Virus record (IMG/VR): IMGVR_UViG_3300042988_001938
DNA length: 64,000 nucleotides
Reading direction: 5' to 3' (one strand)
Source: an uncultured virus (IMG/VR IMGVR_UViG_3300042988_001938)
Lineage: Duplodnaviria > Heunggongvirae > Uroviricota > Caudoviricetes
The number at the start of each line of letters is the position of its first letter. Within the stretch, counting starts at the first letter, position 1. Position numbers and translations under genes: made by a program. This document shows, in pieces, positions 26,068 through 36,224 of the stretch. The notes beneath the pieces were generated by a model. That model made no database searches and was not told the origin of the DNA. It saw only the letters and a list, made by a program, of their open reading frames with translations.

Positions 26068-26824
26068 TTACTTTTGTTATATTAATTCCGTTGCTACGGT
26101 CATATTGAAGGGTGATTCCATCAAGCTCCTCAGCCACCATTACTCCATTTGAGATATTTGAGATAATCTTATTTAACTTAAAATAAGCGGTTGGATTAAT
26201 CATGTTGAATATGAGTCTTGGCAGTATGTTTCTAATATTAGAATAAACTTCATCATATTCTCTCTCAAGAGAAATGGCTTTCTTATATTCGACTCCAGTC
26301 ATTTGTACCTGTCCGTCTTCTTCTCTCATTAAGAATGGCTCTTCAATTCCGATGGGCTCCAGATTATTTGGCCTAAATCTATCTGGGTCATAAGAATGTT
26401 GCCCGATTTGTCTATAGAGGTCAGCGGTCCTGGACTCTCCATCAATAACTAGGAAAACGTCATCATGAATCATTGATGGTATGCATCTGTAAAATGAATT
26501 ATCACTTGCTGAAAACATAGTAGAACTTCCACTAAGATATTTATATTCATTGGAGTGTATTAAAACTCTTAATGCCGAAGTAGTAAGCTCTATAGAGTAT
26601 TTCTTTGCCGCAGCAAGCTTTTCACCCTTATTGTATAGCTCAGCGTATCTGGAGTGGCTTATAGTAATCCTGTCATCACCAACTGCCTTAGCGACATTAT
26701 CAGTTGCCTTTGCTACCTTGTCTGTTGCCTTTGCTACTCTATCCGTTGCAGCTGCAACTGCACTGTTGTCAATCGTCACACTTGTGGTTGACCTAACTAT
26801 CGTTGTTGTTGAGAATAGTCCCAT
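26036..26824 (-). CDS. hypothetical protein with heptad repeat (ATDxVAK)n
   Basis: ATDRVAKATDKVAKATDNVAKA. Confidence 0.8.
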   Translation of the reverse strand: MGLFSTTTIVRSTTSVTIDNSAVAAATDRVAKATDKVAKATDNVAKAVGDDRITISHSRYAELYNKGEKLAAAKKYSIELTTSALRVLIHSNEYKYLSGSSTMFSASDNSFYRCIPSMIHDDVFLVIDGESRTADLYRQIGQHSYDPDRFRPNNLEPIGIEEPFLMREEDGQVQMTGVEYKKAISLEREYDEVYSNIRNILPRLIFNMINPTAYFKLNKIISNISNGVMVAEELDGITLQYDRSNGINITKVNGSTRYNQDN

Positions 26825-26909
26825 ATCTATTTTTATTTTTTAAAGACGTTCGATAAACTAAAGAATGCAAGGCATCCTAGTAATAAAAGGTAAATAATAA
26901 CTAACATCT

Positions 26910-27176
26910 TCATCTTTCTAATTCTCGAATACAATATAGCTTTTCTGAGAAAAACATCGTAATGTCGTTTAAATCTTCTGGATTAACAATATCCAACATT
27001 TCATCTCCAGGATTTGAAATAGATTGAAGGATTTGTACGATTTCTAAGATAGCTATTTTAAAGCCCTCAGGGCCTTCATACTTTTCGTTTTTGTTAAGGA
27101 TACAAACTGGAAGGGCTTCAAAAATTTTTAAAGTCTCAGTTCTATTAATCACATCTCTAATTCTTAACTCCTTCAT
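26910..27176 (-). CDS. hypothetical protein
   Basis: ORF track, packed run. Confidence 0.65.
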   Translation of the reverse strand: MKELRIRDVINRTETLKIFEALPVCILNKNEKYEGPEGFKIAILEIVQILQSISNPGDEMLDIVNPEDLNDITMFFSEKLYCIRELER

Positions 27177-27402
27177 CTTCTGTTTGATTTAGTTTTTCAT
27201 ACATGTCCTTAAGACAATCTTCTGGATTCCAAAATCCTGGCCACTCATTTTCTTTGCCATCAACTTCCCAGTTCCAAAGTCCATAATTGTCTCTTCCACT
27301 GGGCAATTCAAGACCAGATGAATCTTCTTCACATCTTCTAAACTCACAAGTTATCTTGATGGAGCTCGTCTTTTTCATTAGCTCGATTAATTTATCGCTC
27401 AT
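27157..27402 (-). CDS. hypothetical protein
   Basis: ORF track, packed run. Confidence 0.65.
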   Translation of the reverse strand: MSDKLIELMKKTSSIKITCEFRRCEEDSSGLELPSGRDNYGLWNWEVDGKENEWPGFWNPEDCLKDMYEKLNQTEDEGVKN

Positions 27403-27418
27403 ATTCCTGTTTTTAATA

Positions 27419-28165
27419 TTATTTTAAATCAGATACTTTAATCATACCAACCCTGTGTTTCTTGGTATATCTAGTCTCAATCTTTGACTCTAGCTCAATG
27501 TCAGGCTTAATTTCATTTTTTGAACTAACCTCTCCATAGGAATTTGGGTCAACCTCTTTCTTGTAATACCTACTCTTAGTTTCGTCATATATGAATCCTG
27601 GGTCAATTGAAGTTACAATCCTATAAGGGGCTAAATAAGCTCCGTCATAAGGGATTGATTTGCTTATTTTATAAAGCTGCTTCCAAATTTCTTCAGATAC
27701 TTCTATTTTATGGTTTGTGAAAACTTGTCTATCACAAATCATACATGTTCCCTTGGATAAGTTAATCCCTCCAGAGTTTCCGCCACCCATATTGAAGGAT
27801 ACGGATACATGCTTAGCTGAATCGCAGCACATGCACTTAAGACGGCTGAATCCAGGAAACATATAATTGAGTACATCAATTCTATCTCCCTTGGTCATTC
27901 CTCCACCGCCAGTGAAGCAGGGCTCATTGTTTAGGTAGTCGTCTGGGACATCTTCATCAATTATAACAATGTGTCTATCACCGAATTGAACTGCGTCAAT
28001 GAATTCCTTATCCAGTTCAAGGTGTTTAAAATTCTCGTACCACATATTAAGCACATGAAATCCTCCAAGTGAAAAATAATTTCCGTAATCTACTGGATAC
28101 TTTTCTTTGTTAATACCCACGAGGCTAACATATCCAATATCGTTTTTAACTCTAACTTTTTGCAT
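27419..28165 (-). CDS. hypothetical protein with CxxC pairs
   Basis: CMCC...CMIC. Confidence 0.8.
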   Translation of the reverse strand: MQKVRVKNDIGYVSLVGINKEKYPVDYGNYFSLGGFHVLNMWYENFKHLELDKEFIDAVQFGDRHIVIIDEDVPDDYLNNEPCFTGGGGMTKGDRIDVLNYMFPGFSRLKCMCCDSAKHVSVSFNMGGGNSGGINLSKGTCMICDRQVFTNHKIEVSEEIWKQLYKISKSIPYDGAYLAPYRIVTSIDPGFIYDETKSRYYKKEVDPNSYGEVSSKNEIKPDIELESKIETRYTKKHRVGMIKVSDLK

Positions 28166-28168
28166 TTA

Positions 28169-28357
28169 TTAAAATTTTGTAGCTTTATCAAGCAACATGT
28201 CAAGCTCTTCTTTAGTATATCTCTTTGGCTCGTTTAAAATCACTTCAGAAAGAATATGATACATTCCAGCCTCAGTCCATTCATTGTGATGTGCGGGTCC
28301 AGTCTCTACAAGATACTTAAGCGCATCTAGTTGATTATAGTCTCTTTCGGTACTCAT
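28169..28357 (-). CDS. hypothetical protein
   Basis: Packed run. Confidence 0.65.
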   Translation of the reverse strand: MSTERDYNQLDALKYLVETGPAHHNEWTEAGMYHILSEVILNEPKRYTKEELDMLLDKATKF

Positions 28358-28360
28358 AAA

Positions 28361-28654
28361 TTATTGTTTTTTAATGTCACTATAGTGTATTCCACATTCT
28401 TTGCAGATAAAGTATTCCTCTAAAATCCAACTGGCAAAACCAGGTCCAAGTACACCGTTATTATCTCTTCTGCAGTAGTGCGTCTTATCTTTTGACTTAC
28501 ACAGTGGACACTCGATTGCGTTAACCCTATCAATCTCAAATTGCATCTCATCACGCTTTCTCTTCTCATTCTCTCTTTCATTGTCAAATAATCGAGACAT
28601 AAAATCAACTGGAGCGCTATCCTTATTGTCTTTTTCTTTTTCGTTATTCTCCAT
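28361..28654 (-). CDS. zinc-ribbon protein
   Basis: CPLC...CKECG. Confidence 0.7.
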   Translation of the reverse strand: MENNEKEKDNKDSAPVDFMSRLFDNERENEKRKRDEMQFEIDRVNAIECPLCKSKDKTHYCRRDNNGVLGPGFASWILEEYFICKECGIHYSDIKKQ

Positions 28655-29027
28655 CGTTAAAGTCTTTTATTATTTCGATTCTACCGTCTTTCCAGTGCCT
28701 AACAAATTGCTTGTGCTTATTCAGATAGACCATGGCAATTCCCTTATCCCAAGTTTCCTCTACAATTAGCTTGGATAGCTCTTTCTTGAAGGTCTCATTT
28801 TTCCAGGCTTCTGATTCCTGACCTTCAACCATGTGGCTGTCAAGAACGTCTTGCTCAAGTTGTCTTACTGGTTTTTCACTGGGGAATATTAAGGCCAATA
28901 CACAGATGATGATTCCAGCAGGAATTAGGAATGATGTAAGATGTGGCTTATTAGATATAGCTGGATAAAACATCGTTGTAATTCCAATAATGTAAATTAA
29001 GTTAACCAATATAAATCTCATACTCAT
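28644..29027 (-). CDS. membrane protein
   Basis: Two N-terminal TM segments. Confidence 0.7.
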   Translation of the reverse strand: MSMRFILVNLIYIIGITTMFYPAISNKPHLTSFLIPAGIIICVLALIFPSEKPVRQLEQDVLDSHMVEGQESEAWKNETFKKELSKLIVEETWDKGIAMVYLNKHKQFVRHWKDGRIEIIKDFNDGE

Positions 29028-29030
29028 ATA

Positions 29031-29696
29031 TTAATGTTTTCTATCTTGAAAAATTATTTCGAGAATTTCTTTGTCATAAAAGTTTCTTGAATCATCTCCA
29101 CCGCCAATTGAAGATTTCTCAACCACATATCCGTTAATATGACTCTCGTTCCACTCTGAGCCAATTACCTTGTAGACTGTTGTCACATAGTCGCTGGACT
29201 CATTTTTGTTTATTTCAATCATTGTAACTGGTCCAATCCAATCGTAATAGTCCTTCTTGATGATTACAGAATCACTGCTGGCATACATAGGGTTGTTGTT
29301 AATGGTTACAACTTTTGCCAGATAGAGCTCCTTGCCTTGAAAGTACTCGTCAAGAAATTCAAGCTCTGCACAGTCTCTTCCTAAAAACCTATTCTTCCAG
29401 CCTATTCCATGATAATTTCTATAGAACTGGTATTCAATCCAGCCAAAGAACCTGCTATCAATCTCCTTGGCTACCTTATCAAAATCTTCAGAGTATGTAA
29501 CCAGGATGTTTGTCCAATCAATCTTATTCTGGCATCCTCCATGGTCTGTGTGAGACAACTCTTCTCCGTGAGCACCAAACATGAAGGTGATAGAGTTGCC
29601 ACACTCATAGAACACATCTTGAGATTGTCTACTAGAGTCTGGCTGTCTCTCAAACTGCTTAGCTCCGCAATGTGGACATAATTCTTTTCCTATCAT
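29031..29696 (-). CDS. hypothetical protein with N-terminal Zn ribbon
   Basis: CPHCG...YECG. Confidence 0.75.
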   Translation of the reverse strand: MIGKELCPHCGAKQFERQPDSSRQSQDVFYECGNSITFMFGAHGEELSHTDHGGCQNKIDWTNILVTYSEDFDKVAKEIDSRFFGWIEYQFYRNYHGIGWKNRFLGRDCAELEFLDEYFQGKELYLAKVVTINNNPMYASSDSVIIKKDYYDWIGPVTMIEINKNESSDYVTTVYKVIGSEWNESHINGYVVEKSSIGGGDDSRNFYDKEILEIIFQDRKH

Positions 29697-30544
29697 AAAT
29701 TTTTAATTTCTGATGATAAATTATTAGCCTGTTCACGTATTTCAAGGAGCTTCACAAGCTCTGGACACTTTCTGTAGTCAAACTCTTCAATCTTTTTTTG
29801 TAAGTCCTCAATTGCTTTTATTTTTGCTTTCATACCTTCTACTCCATCACCAAAATTAAATCTATGGCTATCTGAGAATACTTTTTCAACCGTTTCCACA
29901 CATCTACTTTGCGTCCTTTCTGGAGTTGAACCATTCCACTTGACATCAACTTTGCCTTCTTCTTCAAAAATAATATACACGCCATCAGCTGGGGCCCCAT
30001 TTTTTGGTTTAATATAAAATCCTAGATTTCTAGCGAAAGACTGAAATAGATTTCTTGGCTCGTGCCACATGATTACTTCAATGTATTTGTCCTGAAAATA
30101 ATCATTTAGATAAGCTAGTGATGCATCAAACAAAATCTTTCCTTCGGTATTATACCTATCAAATATGGGCTTAGCCTTCTTTCTGGCTTCTATTATAAAC
30201 TTTACTTTATTACAAAAGTCAGATAGTTGTTTCGTGATGTCTTTATTGTAGTTTAGTGTGGTTGATGGGATATTTTGCTTGGGGTCATATTTATCTATTA
30301 TCTCAAAATCGTTGACCCAATCTTGTATTGTAGAAATAACTAAAAGCTTAACAGAGTTTTTGAAGGTTGCTCGGATAATGATTCCACTAAAGAAAATTGT
30401 CATAGCACCTTTTTCAAGCTGATATGTTAATTCTCCAAGATTACTTGATAGTATTTCAAATAGCTGTTTCTCTATAGGTGAATACTTTATTGTGTCGTGA
30501 ATCTTATCTCCATTACTCTTTATGTTTGTCTCAATTATATTCAT
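29693..30544 (-). CDS. hypothetical protein
   Basis: 283-aa ORF. Confidence 0.8.
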   Translation of the reverse strand: MNIIETNIKSNGDKIHDTIKYSPIEKQLFEILSSNLGELTYQLEKGAMTIFFSGIIIRATFKNSVKLLVISTIQDWVNDFEIIDKYDPKQNIPSTTLNYNKDITKQLSDFCNKVKFIIEARKKAKPIFDRYNTEGKILFDASLAYLNDYFQDKYIEVIMWHEPRNLFQSFARNLGFYIKPKNGAPADGVYIIFEEEGKVDVKWNGSTPERTQSRCVETVEKVFSDSHRFNFGDGVEGMKAKIKAIEDLQKKIEEFDYRKCPELVKLLEIREQANNLSSEIKNL

Positions 30545-30702
30545 CTGCAGTGCTTGTTATTAATTGATTTTATCCTTTCCTCTATAGATTGCATAAGTCG
30601 GTCAACTATGTTGTTCATAACTATCAATTTCCTTCTAATGCTTACTCTATCATTTTTGGAATCAATAACTTTAATCAACTTATCATATCGACCATCAATC
30701 AT
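30541..30702 (-). CDS. HC-tail family small protein (53 aa, not in track)
   Basis: MIDGRYDK...IKSINNKHCR; ATGA overlap with the next gene; TATCTTTG box upstream. Confidence 0.6.
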   Translation of the reverse strand: MIDGRYDKLIKVIDSKNDRVSIRRKLIVMNNIVDRLMQSIEERIKSINNKHCR

Positions 30703-31062
30703 TTTACAAAGATATTAATAATTAACGTTTTGCGCAAGAAATTTTGACTATTTATATCCAAACTTAAAAATGAGCGAAGATGGATAAGGAATTTGATGAT
30801 TATGATTGGTTTCCAGACCATGGATTATAACAAAAAACCCCATATCTTTCAACACGGGGTTTTTCAATAGCAACCGATGCACTGTAACACCAGTTTCAAC
30901 CAAATATAACATTAAAAGCACGACAGAATTATGCCTCTCTAAAATTATAAAATCTATAAAGTAAAATAAAGGTAAAAATAGAAAAAGCCACCCCCGCAGG
31001 AGAGTGGCTTTTTCTGTTGAACCAATAAAAAGAGACTGAGCCTCTAAGTTATTATCTTTTAG

Positions 31063-31404
31063 TTAGTCCCAGATACCAGAGCCCTTGCTCGTGTTATCTG
31101 ATTGACTGCTATTTTTTTCGTCCCTTAAGGCTGAGTTTACAACATCATTCGTCTTGTTATAGACAAACTTTGCTCCATTCATGGCCTGGTCATACATCTT
31201 GGCAATTGTGCTGTTCATTTTGTCATTCACATCTTGTATCTTCTGACCAAGATACTTAAGACCACCCTTTTCAACCTCTTCGTGAAAGAAATTTGCGAGT
31301 TTTGCCTGTTCATCAATCTCAAGAGTTGAGAACATTACCTTAATGAACTCAATCTTTTCTTCTTTGGAGAGTTCTTTTTTTGCTTCGTTGTTTACCTCAG
31401 ACAT
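31063..31404 (-). CDS. hypothetical protein
   Basis: Followed by hairpin terminator at about 30981-31014. Confidence 0.75.
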   Translation of the reverse strand: MSEVNNEAKKELSKEEKIEFIKVMFSTLEIDEQAKLANFFHEEVEKGGLKYLGQKIQDVNDKMNSTIAKMYDQAMNGAKFVYNKTNDVVNSALRDEKNSSQSDNTSKGSGIWD

Positions 31405-31405
31405 A

Positions 31406-31672
31406 TTATCCGTTTAAAATTGTTTTTCCCTTGTTTGCATTTAATTTTGCGCTATCATAATGATTATCAATTCTGATGTCACCCAGTATTGTGAATAAAA
31501 CCACAAAACCATTAATCAAAATTGCTATTCCATACATAGCGATTCCAAGCATAATACCTGAGAACGTGTCAACAGATTCTGAGTTAATTACAGCAAAAGA
31601 TAACACACTGCATGTAATCAGCGATATTACGTTGTGAATTAAAAATTTTGAAATGTACTTATTCATGTTCAA
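31406..31672 (-). CDS. membrane protein
   Basis: Two TM helices; ECF-type promoter 31677-31705. Confidence 0.7.
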   Translation of the reverse strand: MNMNKYISKFLIHNVISLITCSVLSFAVINSESVDTFSGIMLGIAMYGIAILINGFVVLFTILGDIRIDNHYDSAKLNANKGKTILNG

Positions 31673-31702
31673 TTATTTATACGATTAATAAAAAAAAATG
31701 TT

Positions 31703-32152
31703 TCAATCCTCCTTGTAAAAATTATTCTCACTTAGATAGATTTTATCTACAACAGCTGATGACTTTCCGTCAAACTCTGGGGTTGATAGAATCTCTGTAG
31801 CTAGTTCATATCTCTTATTAGCTTCTCTTGGGTCAAGATTCAATATTGAATTAAGAAGCCAAATAACAGTTGTCTTGTTGATGTTATTTGAGGCCTCTTC
31901 CACCTGATATGCGCTACGGAATGCACTCCTTTTATCTGGAGACTGTAAAATACCCTTAATCCTATCTGCTTTAATTGTTAAGAGCTTTTGAATAATCATT
32001 TTACCAATATCCTCCTTATCGTCCTTAGAAAGGTATTCATCATGATAAAATGACATCTTGCAAACTATCTCATCCTGAACAGCATCAGATACTAGAAGTT
32101 TTCTGCCGTCATCCGATATATGCAAGTCAAACTTTACTTTTTTTATTTCCAT
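31703..32152 (-). CDS. hypothetical protein
   Basis: ORF track. Confidence 0.75.
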   Translation of the reverse strand: MEIKKVKFDLHISDDGRKLLVSDAVQDEIVCKMSFYHDEYLSKDDKEDIGKMIIQKLLTIKADRIKGILQSPDKRSAFRSAYQVEEASNNINKTTVIWLLNSILNLDPREANKRYELATEILSTPEFDGKSSAVVDKIYLSENNFYKED

Positions 32153-32155
32153 AAT

Positions 32156-32500
32156 TTACTTATTTTCTTCCTTATTCCAATAATCTATGTAGTGCTGAAC
32201 CTGAGCATCAAGATTAAGGTCTAATTCATTCAGGTGTCTATGGTATGATGTTAGTATAACAGCTGACATATCATCTGGGTGTGATAAGCCTAGGTTGGTG
32301 AAATAGCTATATAACTTGCTATCCTTTGTCCATAGCCCCCAATTATTTCTTATCCACCTACCAAGTCCGTGATGAGACTTAATGACAGCCTCTTCCTCAT
32401 TGGCACTCTTAAACCAATCAGCATCATCTGCATCACTCATGATTTTATCTAGGCTCTTAAAGCACTCTAGCAGATTATTTGGCTGTAATTCATCTTCCAT
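32156..32500 (-). CDS. conserved hypothetical protein
   Basis: HHGLGRWIRNNWGLW...HPDDMS motif. Confidence 0.75.
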   Translation of the reverse strand: MEDELQPNNLLECFKSLDKIMSDADDADWFKSANEEEAVIKSHHGLGRWIRNNWGLWTKDSKLYSYFTNLGLSHPDDMSAVILTSYHRHLNELDLNLDAQVQHYIDYWNKEENK

Positions 32501-32591
32501 TTTTACATCTTCCAGTAAACAAAGTTAATTATTTATTTCGTTTTTCCAAAAAATAAATTAAATTTGCCTTATACAAACACAACAAAAGCAA

Positions 32592-33164
32592 ATGAAAAAC
32601 ATAATCGTTTTCGGACCTCCAGGAACTGGCAAGGGAACTGTATCTAAGAGACTCTCTGAGGAATTTGGTCTAAAGCACATATCTACTGGAGATATTATCA
32701 GAAAAAATCAAGAAGAGAAAACAAAAATAGGCCAGCTTGCCGATAAAATTGTTGATGGGGGGAATTTGTTACCAGATAACATAGTCAACGAGATGATTAA
32801 GCAGGAAATAATTGATAATCCTAATGTGACTGGATTTATATTTGATGGATACCCAAGAACAGCTGAGCAAGCAAAAGTATTGGACCAATTCCTAAATCAA
32901 AGAGGAACTCCAGTATCTAAGGCTATATTCTTAAACACTCCTAAGTGGGTTGTTCTGAATAGAATCATAGACAGAGGTCGTCAGAGCGGAAGGAAGGATG
33001 ATACTCAAGAGATTTTTGGAACTAGATGGGAGGCTTATCAAAAACAAACAGTTCCAGCTCTTAACTACTTTACAGAGAGGGGAAGAGTCATAGAGATTGA
33101 TGGGGATAGAGAAATGGAAGTTGTATATTCTGATTGCAAAAATGTAATTGATGGCATTGCTTGA
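32592..33164 (+). CDS. adk: adenylate kinase (short, LID-less type)
   Basis: GPPGTGKGT P-loop, HISTGD, FIFDGYPRT, GRKDD. Confidence 0.95.
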   Translation: MKNIIVFGPPGTGKGTVSKRLSEEFGLKHISTGDIIRKNQEEKTKIGQLADKIVDGGNLLPDNIVNEMIKQEIIDNPNVTGFIFDGYPRTAEQAKVLDQFLNQRGTPVSKAIFLNTPKWVVLNRIIDRGRQSGRKDDTQEIFGTRWEAYQKQTVPALNYFTERGRVIEIDGDREMEVVYSDCKNVIDGIA

Positions 33165-33486
33165 TGAATATTTAATGTGGGTCAGCGAACTGAATGACGA
33201 AGGTGGTACAGTTTGGTGCGAGGGCCACAAGATAATTTATGAAGAAGAAAGGTCTGTAGAAAAGTTTTCCATAGAATTTGATATTGATTGGTTGAAGATA
33301 ATGCTGGCCGATGAATTTGATGGATTTATGAAAGTTGGAAGACTTTTTTACTACACACACTCAATTAATCCTGGAGTAGAGGAATTTAGAATTAGGCTAA
33401 CAGATTTTCCAGAACCAACAAAGGAAGAGATAGAGCTTGCCAGGAAGGCTGCAGAGGAATGGGAAGAGTTTCTTAAGGGTGATTAA
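33148..33486 (+). CDS. hypothetical acidic protein
   Basis: Overlaps the adk stop. Confidence 0.65.
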   Translation: MMALLDEYLMWVSELNDEGGTVWCEGHKIIYEEERSVEKFSIEFDIDWLKIMLADEFDGFMKVGRLFYYTHSINPGVEEFRIRLTDFPEPTKEEIELARKAAEEWEEFLKGD

Positions 33487-33920
33487 ATAAGGTCTGGGTC
33501 TATCTTTCTCGAAAGCTTAGAGTTGACAGCTTGAATAAAGTTCTTATATCCCTGAACTGGGCCGACAGATTCAATCATCACAGGCTCATTGGAGCCACGC
33601 TCAACCTCTCCTAGATTAAGTTTCCAGTAGCTTTCATAGTTTGGGCTAATCATGTGAATGATTTCTATCAATTGACTTCCTCCATAGTTTGTATCAATCT
33701 CAAACATCCAAGTTTCTTTCATCTCAGAGTTTGGGAAATAGCTGCTCATATAATAATGCTGAAGTCCGCTAATATCCTTGGAAAGTTTATTAACTCCAAA
33801 TGCTCTACCAGATTCAAAATTGTAGAGAATAGGCTCATCATCGACCTGCTGAAAGTCTGCTATCTCAAGAAGGGTTTTTCTAAGTTCCTCTTGAACTATT
33901 TTTCTAATTATCCTTTCCAT
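33483..33920 (-). CDS. putative virion head-associated protein
   Basis: N-terminal IRKIVQEEL..LLE; CTATTTATAG upstream. Confidence 0.6.
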   Translation of the reverse strand: MERIIRKIVQEELRKTLLEIADFQQVDDEPILYNFESGRAFGVNKLSKDISGLQHYYMSSYFPNSEMKETWMFEIDTNYGGSQLIEIIHMISPNYESYWKLNLGEVERGSNEPVMIESVGPVQGYKNFIQAVNSKLSRKIDPDLI

Positions 33921-33942
33921 ACCTATAAATAGGTGGAGAAAA

Positions 33943-34473
33943 TCAGGATTCCTTATTAAAGTTGTTGATTATGTCGATGATGCCATTAAGAGCCTCAAGA
34001 GTTCCAGCTCTTGACTGTAGCAGCTTATCGGTCATAGCTTGTCTGTGATTTGCATCTGGAGTACTTCGTATCTTATTCTCAAATTCAAAATACTCCTTAA
34101 GAATGATAATCTTGTCCTCAATTGAAGTAATTGGATTTTCACCAAATGCAACAGATAAGTAACTCACGAGATTGCTCTTGAAGTCTTCAGACATTTGAAA
34201 CTCCTCCATTCCATCCTTGAGGTTTTTATTATGAAGGAGCTTATAGTATTGATTATACACAGTCTCGATGTCAGATGGTGTGCTGGCTATATCAAGCGAG
34301 TTAGCAATCTTTTCCTTATCATCTTGAGTGAGGTGAAATTCACTCATAAGCCTGGTTGAATATCCAAGCTTGAGGTTGATTAACTCTAGTTGTTTCTTCT
34401 CCTCTGATAAAGTATAATTTTGAAGCTCAAGCTCTTTAATCCTTAATTGTTCTGGTGTCTCTCTATTTTCCAT
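33943..34473 (-). CDS. hypothetical protein resembling the prohead scaffold C-terminal domain
   Basis: N.KL.Y...L.....LT...K..I...LD.A....I..VY pattern. Confidence 0.5.
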   Translation of the reverse strand: MENRETPEQLRIKELELQNYTLSEEKKQLELINLKLGYSTRLMSEFHLTQDDKEKIANSLDIASTPSDIETVYNQYYKLLHNKNLKDGMEEFQMSEDFKSNLVSYLSVAFGENPITSIEDKIIILKEYFEFENKIRSTPDANHRQAMTDKLLQSRAGTLEALNGIIDIINNFNKES

Positions 34474-35606
34474 TATTCCGATATTTCATATTTAACTGCA
34501 TACGATTCTGTCTGGTCTGGAACGTCAAGACTCCAAATCATATCTTCTACAGCTTTTTCTGGTACCTTGTACTCTCTATTACTATTCTGGCTCAAAAGTT
34601 TCTTGTAGGGCACTTCTAAGTAAATAACAACAACTTTTGCTCCGTACTCCTCGAACTCCTTGATTACCTTTCCACGCATATCCTTTGTGATATTTGTAGC
34701 ATTAAAGACAAAATCCCTCTTAGCTCTCATATGAGTTTTGCATATGTCCTTAATTTCTTGGTAAACTTGACCTTCTGCCTTGGAGTCACCTCGCTTAACC
34801 TTTCTTTCCCTTCTGAGTTCGTCAATTGATACCATTGGGATATTACTAAGGTTATTCTTAATGTAAGTATCTTTTCCAGAGCCAGGAAGAGCGCACATGA
34901 CATATGCTGTAAAGTTCTTTTCATCAAAAGGCTCATAGCCAGGCCAGCCATCTTCATTCTTGAAGAAGTATCTTCTACCAAGCTCTGATTTAAACTCTCT
35001 CTTATTTCCTAGGCATTCATTGACACTGCATGCCCACTCAAACATTTCAACCCTAGCCATCATGTCACCAGAGTCCTCAGCAATTCTGCCTAGAATATCT
35101 GCCTTAGCAAATAATGCGAGCATCTTTGTGTCAAGCTTCCAACTAAGTTCTGTTACAAACTTTTCTAGGTTTTCTCTATCCATAGCCCAGATTGGTGCTC
35201 CATGGTGTCTTACGAGCTTGCAAATATGCTCTCTTATGTGGAATGGAGTTGGAATTTCTTTATACAAGATAACCCTTGAAGTTTTCTCACCCTTCTTTGC
35301 ATGATTCTTAGATGTAATTCTTAGTTGACCGTCAATTTCCTCATACTCTGTAGTAGAGCGTTTTTCAACATCGTGCAGCATTGCTGTAGCAAACAAGATG
35401 TGCTTATCTTGCTCTGATAGGGCCTGGAAGTCTGGGTGTGAGACAAGTGCTTCAGCGACCATTTTTGTATGGATAAAGACATCCCCTTCAGCATGCCAAA
35501 TCGCATCCTGCTCGACACCTTTCATATCTCGGAACCATTCAAACTCACTTTCAAGCTTGTCCCAAGGTATAGGTTGTCCAACTTCATAATGAGGGAACTT
35601 CCACAT
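34473..35606 (-). CDS. HD-domain phosphohydrolase fused to P-loop (polynucleotide-kinase-like) kinase
   Basis: HAEGDVFIHT, LHDVEK, ADILGR; ALPGSGKDT P-loop, FNATN. Confidence 0.88.
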   Translation of the reverse strand: MWKFPHYEVGQPIPWDKLESEFEWFRDMKGVEQDAIWHAEGDVFIHTKMVAEALVSHPDFQALSEQDKHILFATAMLHDVEKRSTTEYEEIDGQLRITSKNHAKKGEKTSRVILYKEIPTPFHIREHICKLVRHHGAPIWAMDRENLEKFVTELSWKLDTKMLALFAKADILGRIAEDSGDMMARVEMFEWACSVNECLGNKREFKSELGRRYFFKNEDGWPGYEPFDEKNFTAYVMCALPGSGKDTYIKNNLSNIPMVSIDELRRERKVKRGDSKAEGQVYQEIKDICKTHMRAKRDFVFNATNITKDMRGKVIKEFEEYGAKVVVIYLEVPYKKLLSQNSNREYKVPEKAVEDMIWSLDVPDQTESYAVKYEISE

Positions 35607-35653
35607 ACAATTAATGTTTATTATGATATTATACGTAATATGATAGAAAAATG

Positions 35654-35821
35654 TTACTTATTTTTCTTTGAATTATTACCTTTGCTATATGGACAATTTT
35701 TGCAACCACCTCCGCAACAATAACCTCTCTTAAGTAGATACGCCTCAGTAAAAACTCTAAATTTTATACCGTTTACTTCTTCCCAGTAGTAATCAATTCC
35801 TTCGATGAGCTGCTTGTCCAT
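35654..35821 (-). CDS. small Cys-rich protein (DUF5522-like, 55 aa, not in track)
   Basis: VFTEAYLLKRGYCCGGGCKNCPY. Confidence 0.75.
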   Translation of the reverse strand: MDKQLIEGIDYYWEEVNGIKFRVFTEAYLLKRGYCCGGGCKNCPYSKGNNSKKNK

Positions 35822-35822
35822 A

Positions 35823-36224
35823 TTATTCTTGAAACTCTATTTTTTCTTCGACATAATGCCCAGGTGTAACTGTGCCCTCTATACTCTTAATTAGTTTCAA
35901 TTCTTTTTTTCCATTTTCATTTCTTGAAATTCCGTAAATTTCTTTCCAAACACGGTCAACATTAGCTCTTGGTGGCCAAACCGCAAGAGTTGTGTATGGA
36001 TTTGGTGCTTGCCTCTTAACTATTTCTATGAAATTTCCATCATGAGTTTCAAGAAAATTAAAGCTTTCAATTTTCACTAGGTTTTGATTATAGAATAATG
36101 AGTCAACTAACGATGAACCAATTGATGTTGTCGATGAACCATCATTTAACGAAGTACCATCAGTAATTGTGTAGCTAAACTCCCCTATTGTTGAGGTGGA
36201 TTTGTTTAAATTTTCTTCTGCCAT
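35823..36224 (-). CDS. hypothetical protein
   Basis: ORF track. Confidence 0.7.
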   Translation of the reverse strand: MAEENLNKSTSTIGEFSYTITDGTSLNDGSSTTSIGSSLVDSLFYNQNLVKIESFNFLETHDGNFIEIVKRQAPNPYTTLAVWPPRANVDRVWKEIYGISRNENGKKELKLIKSIEGTVTPGHYVEEKIEFQE

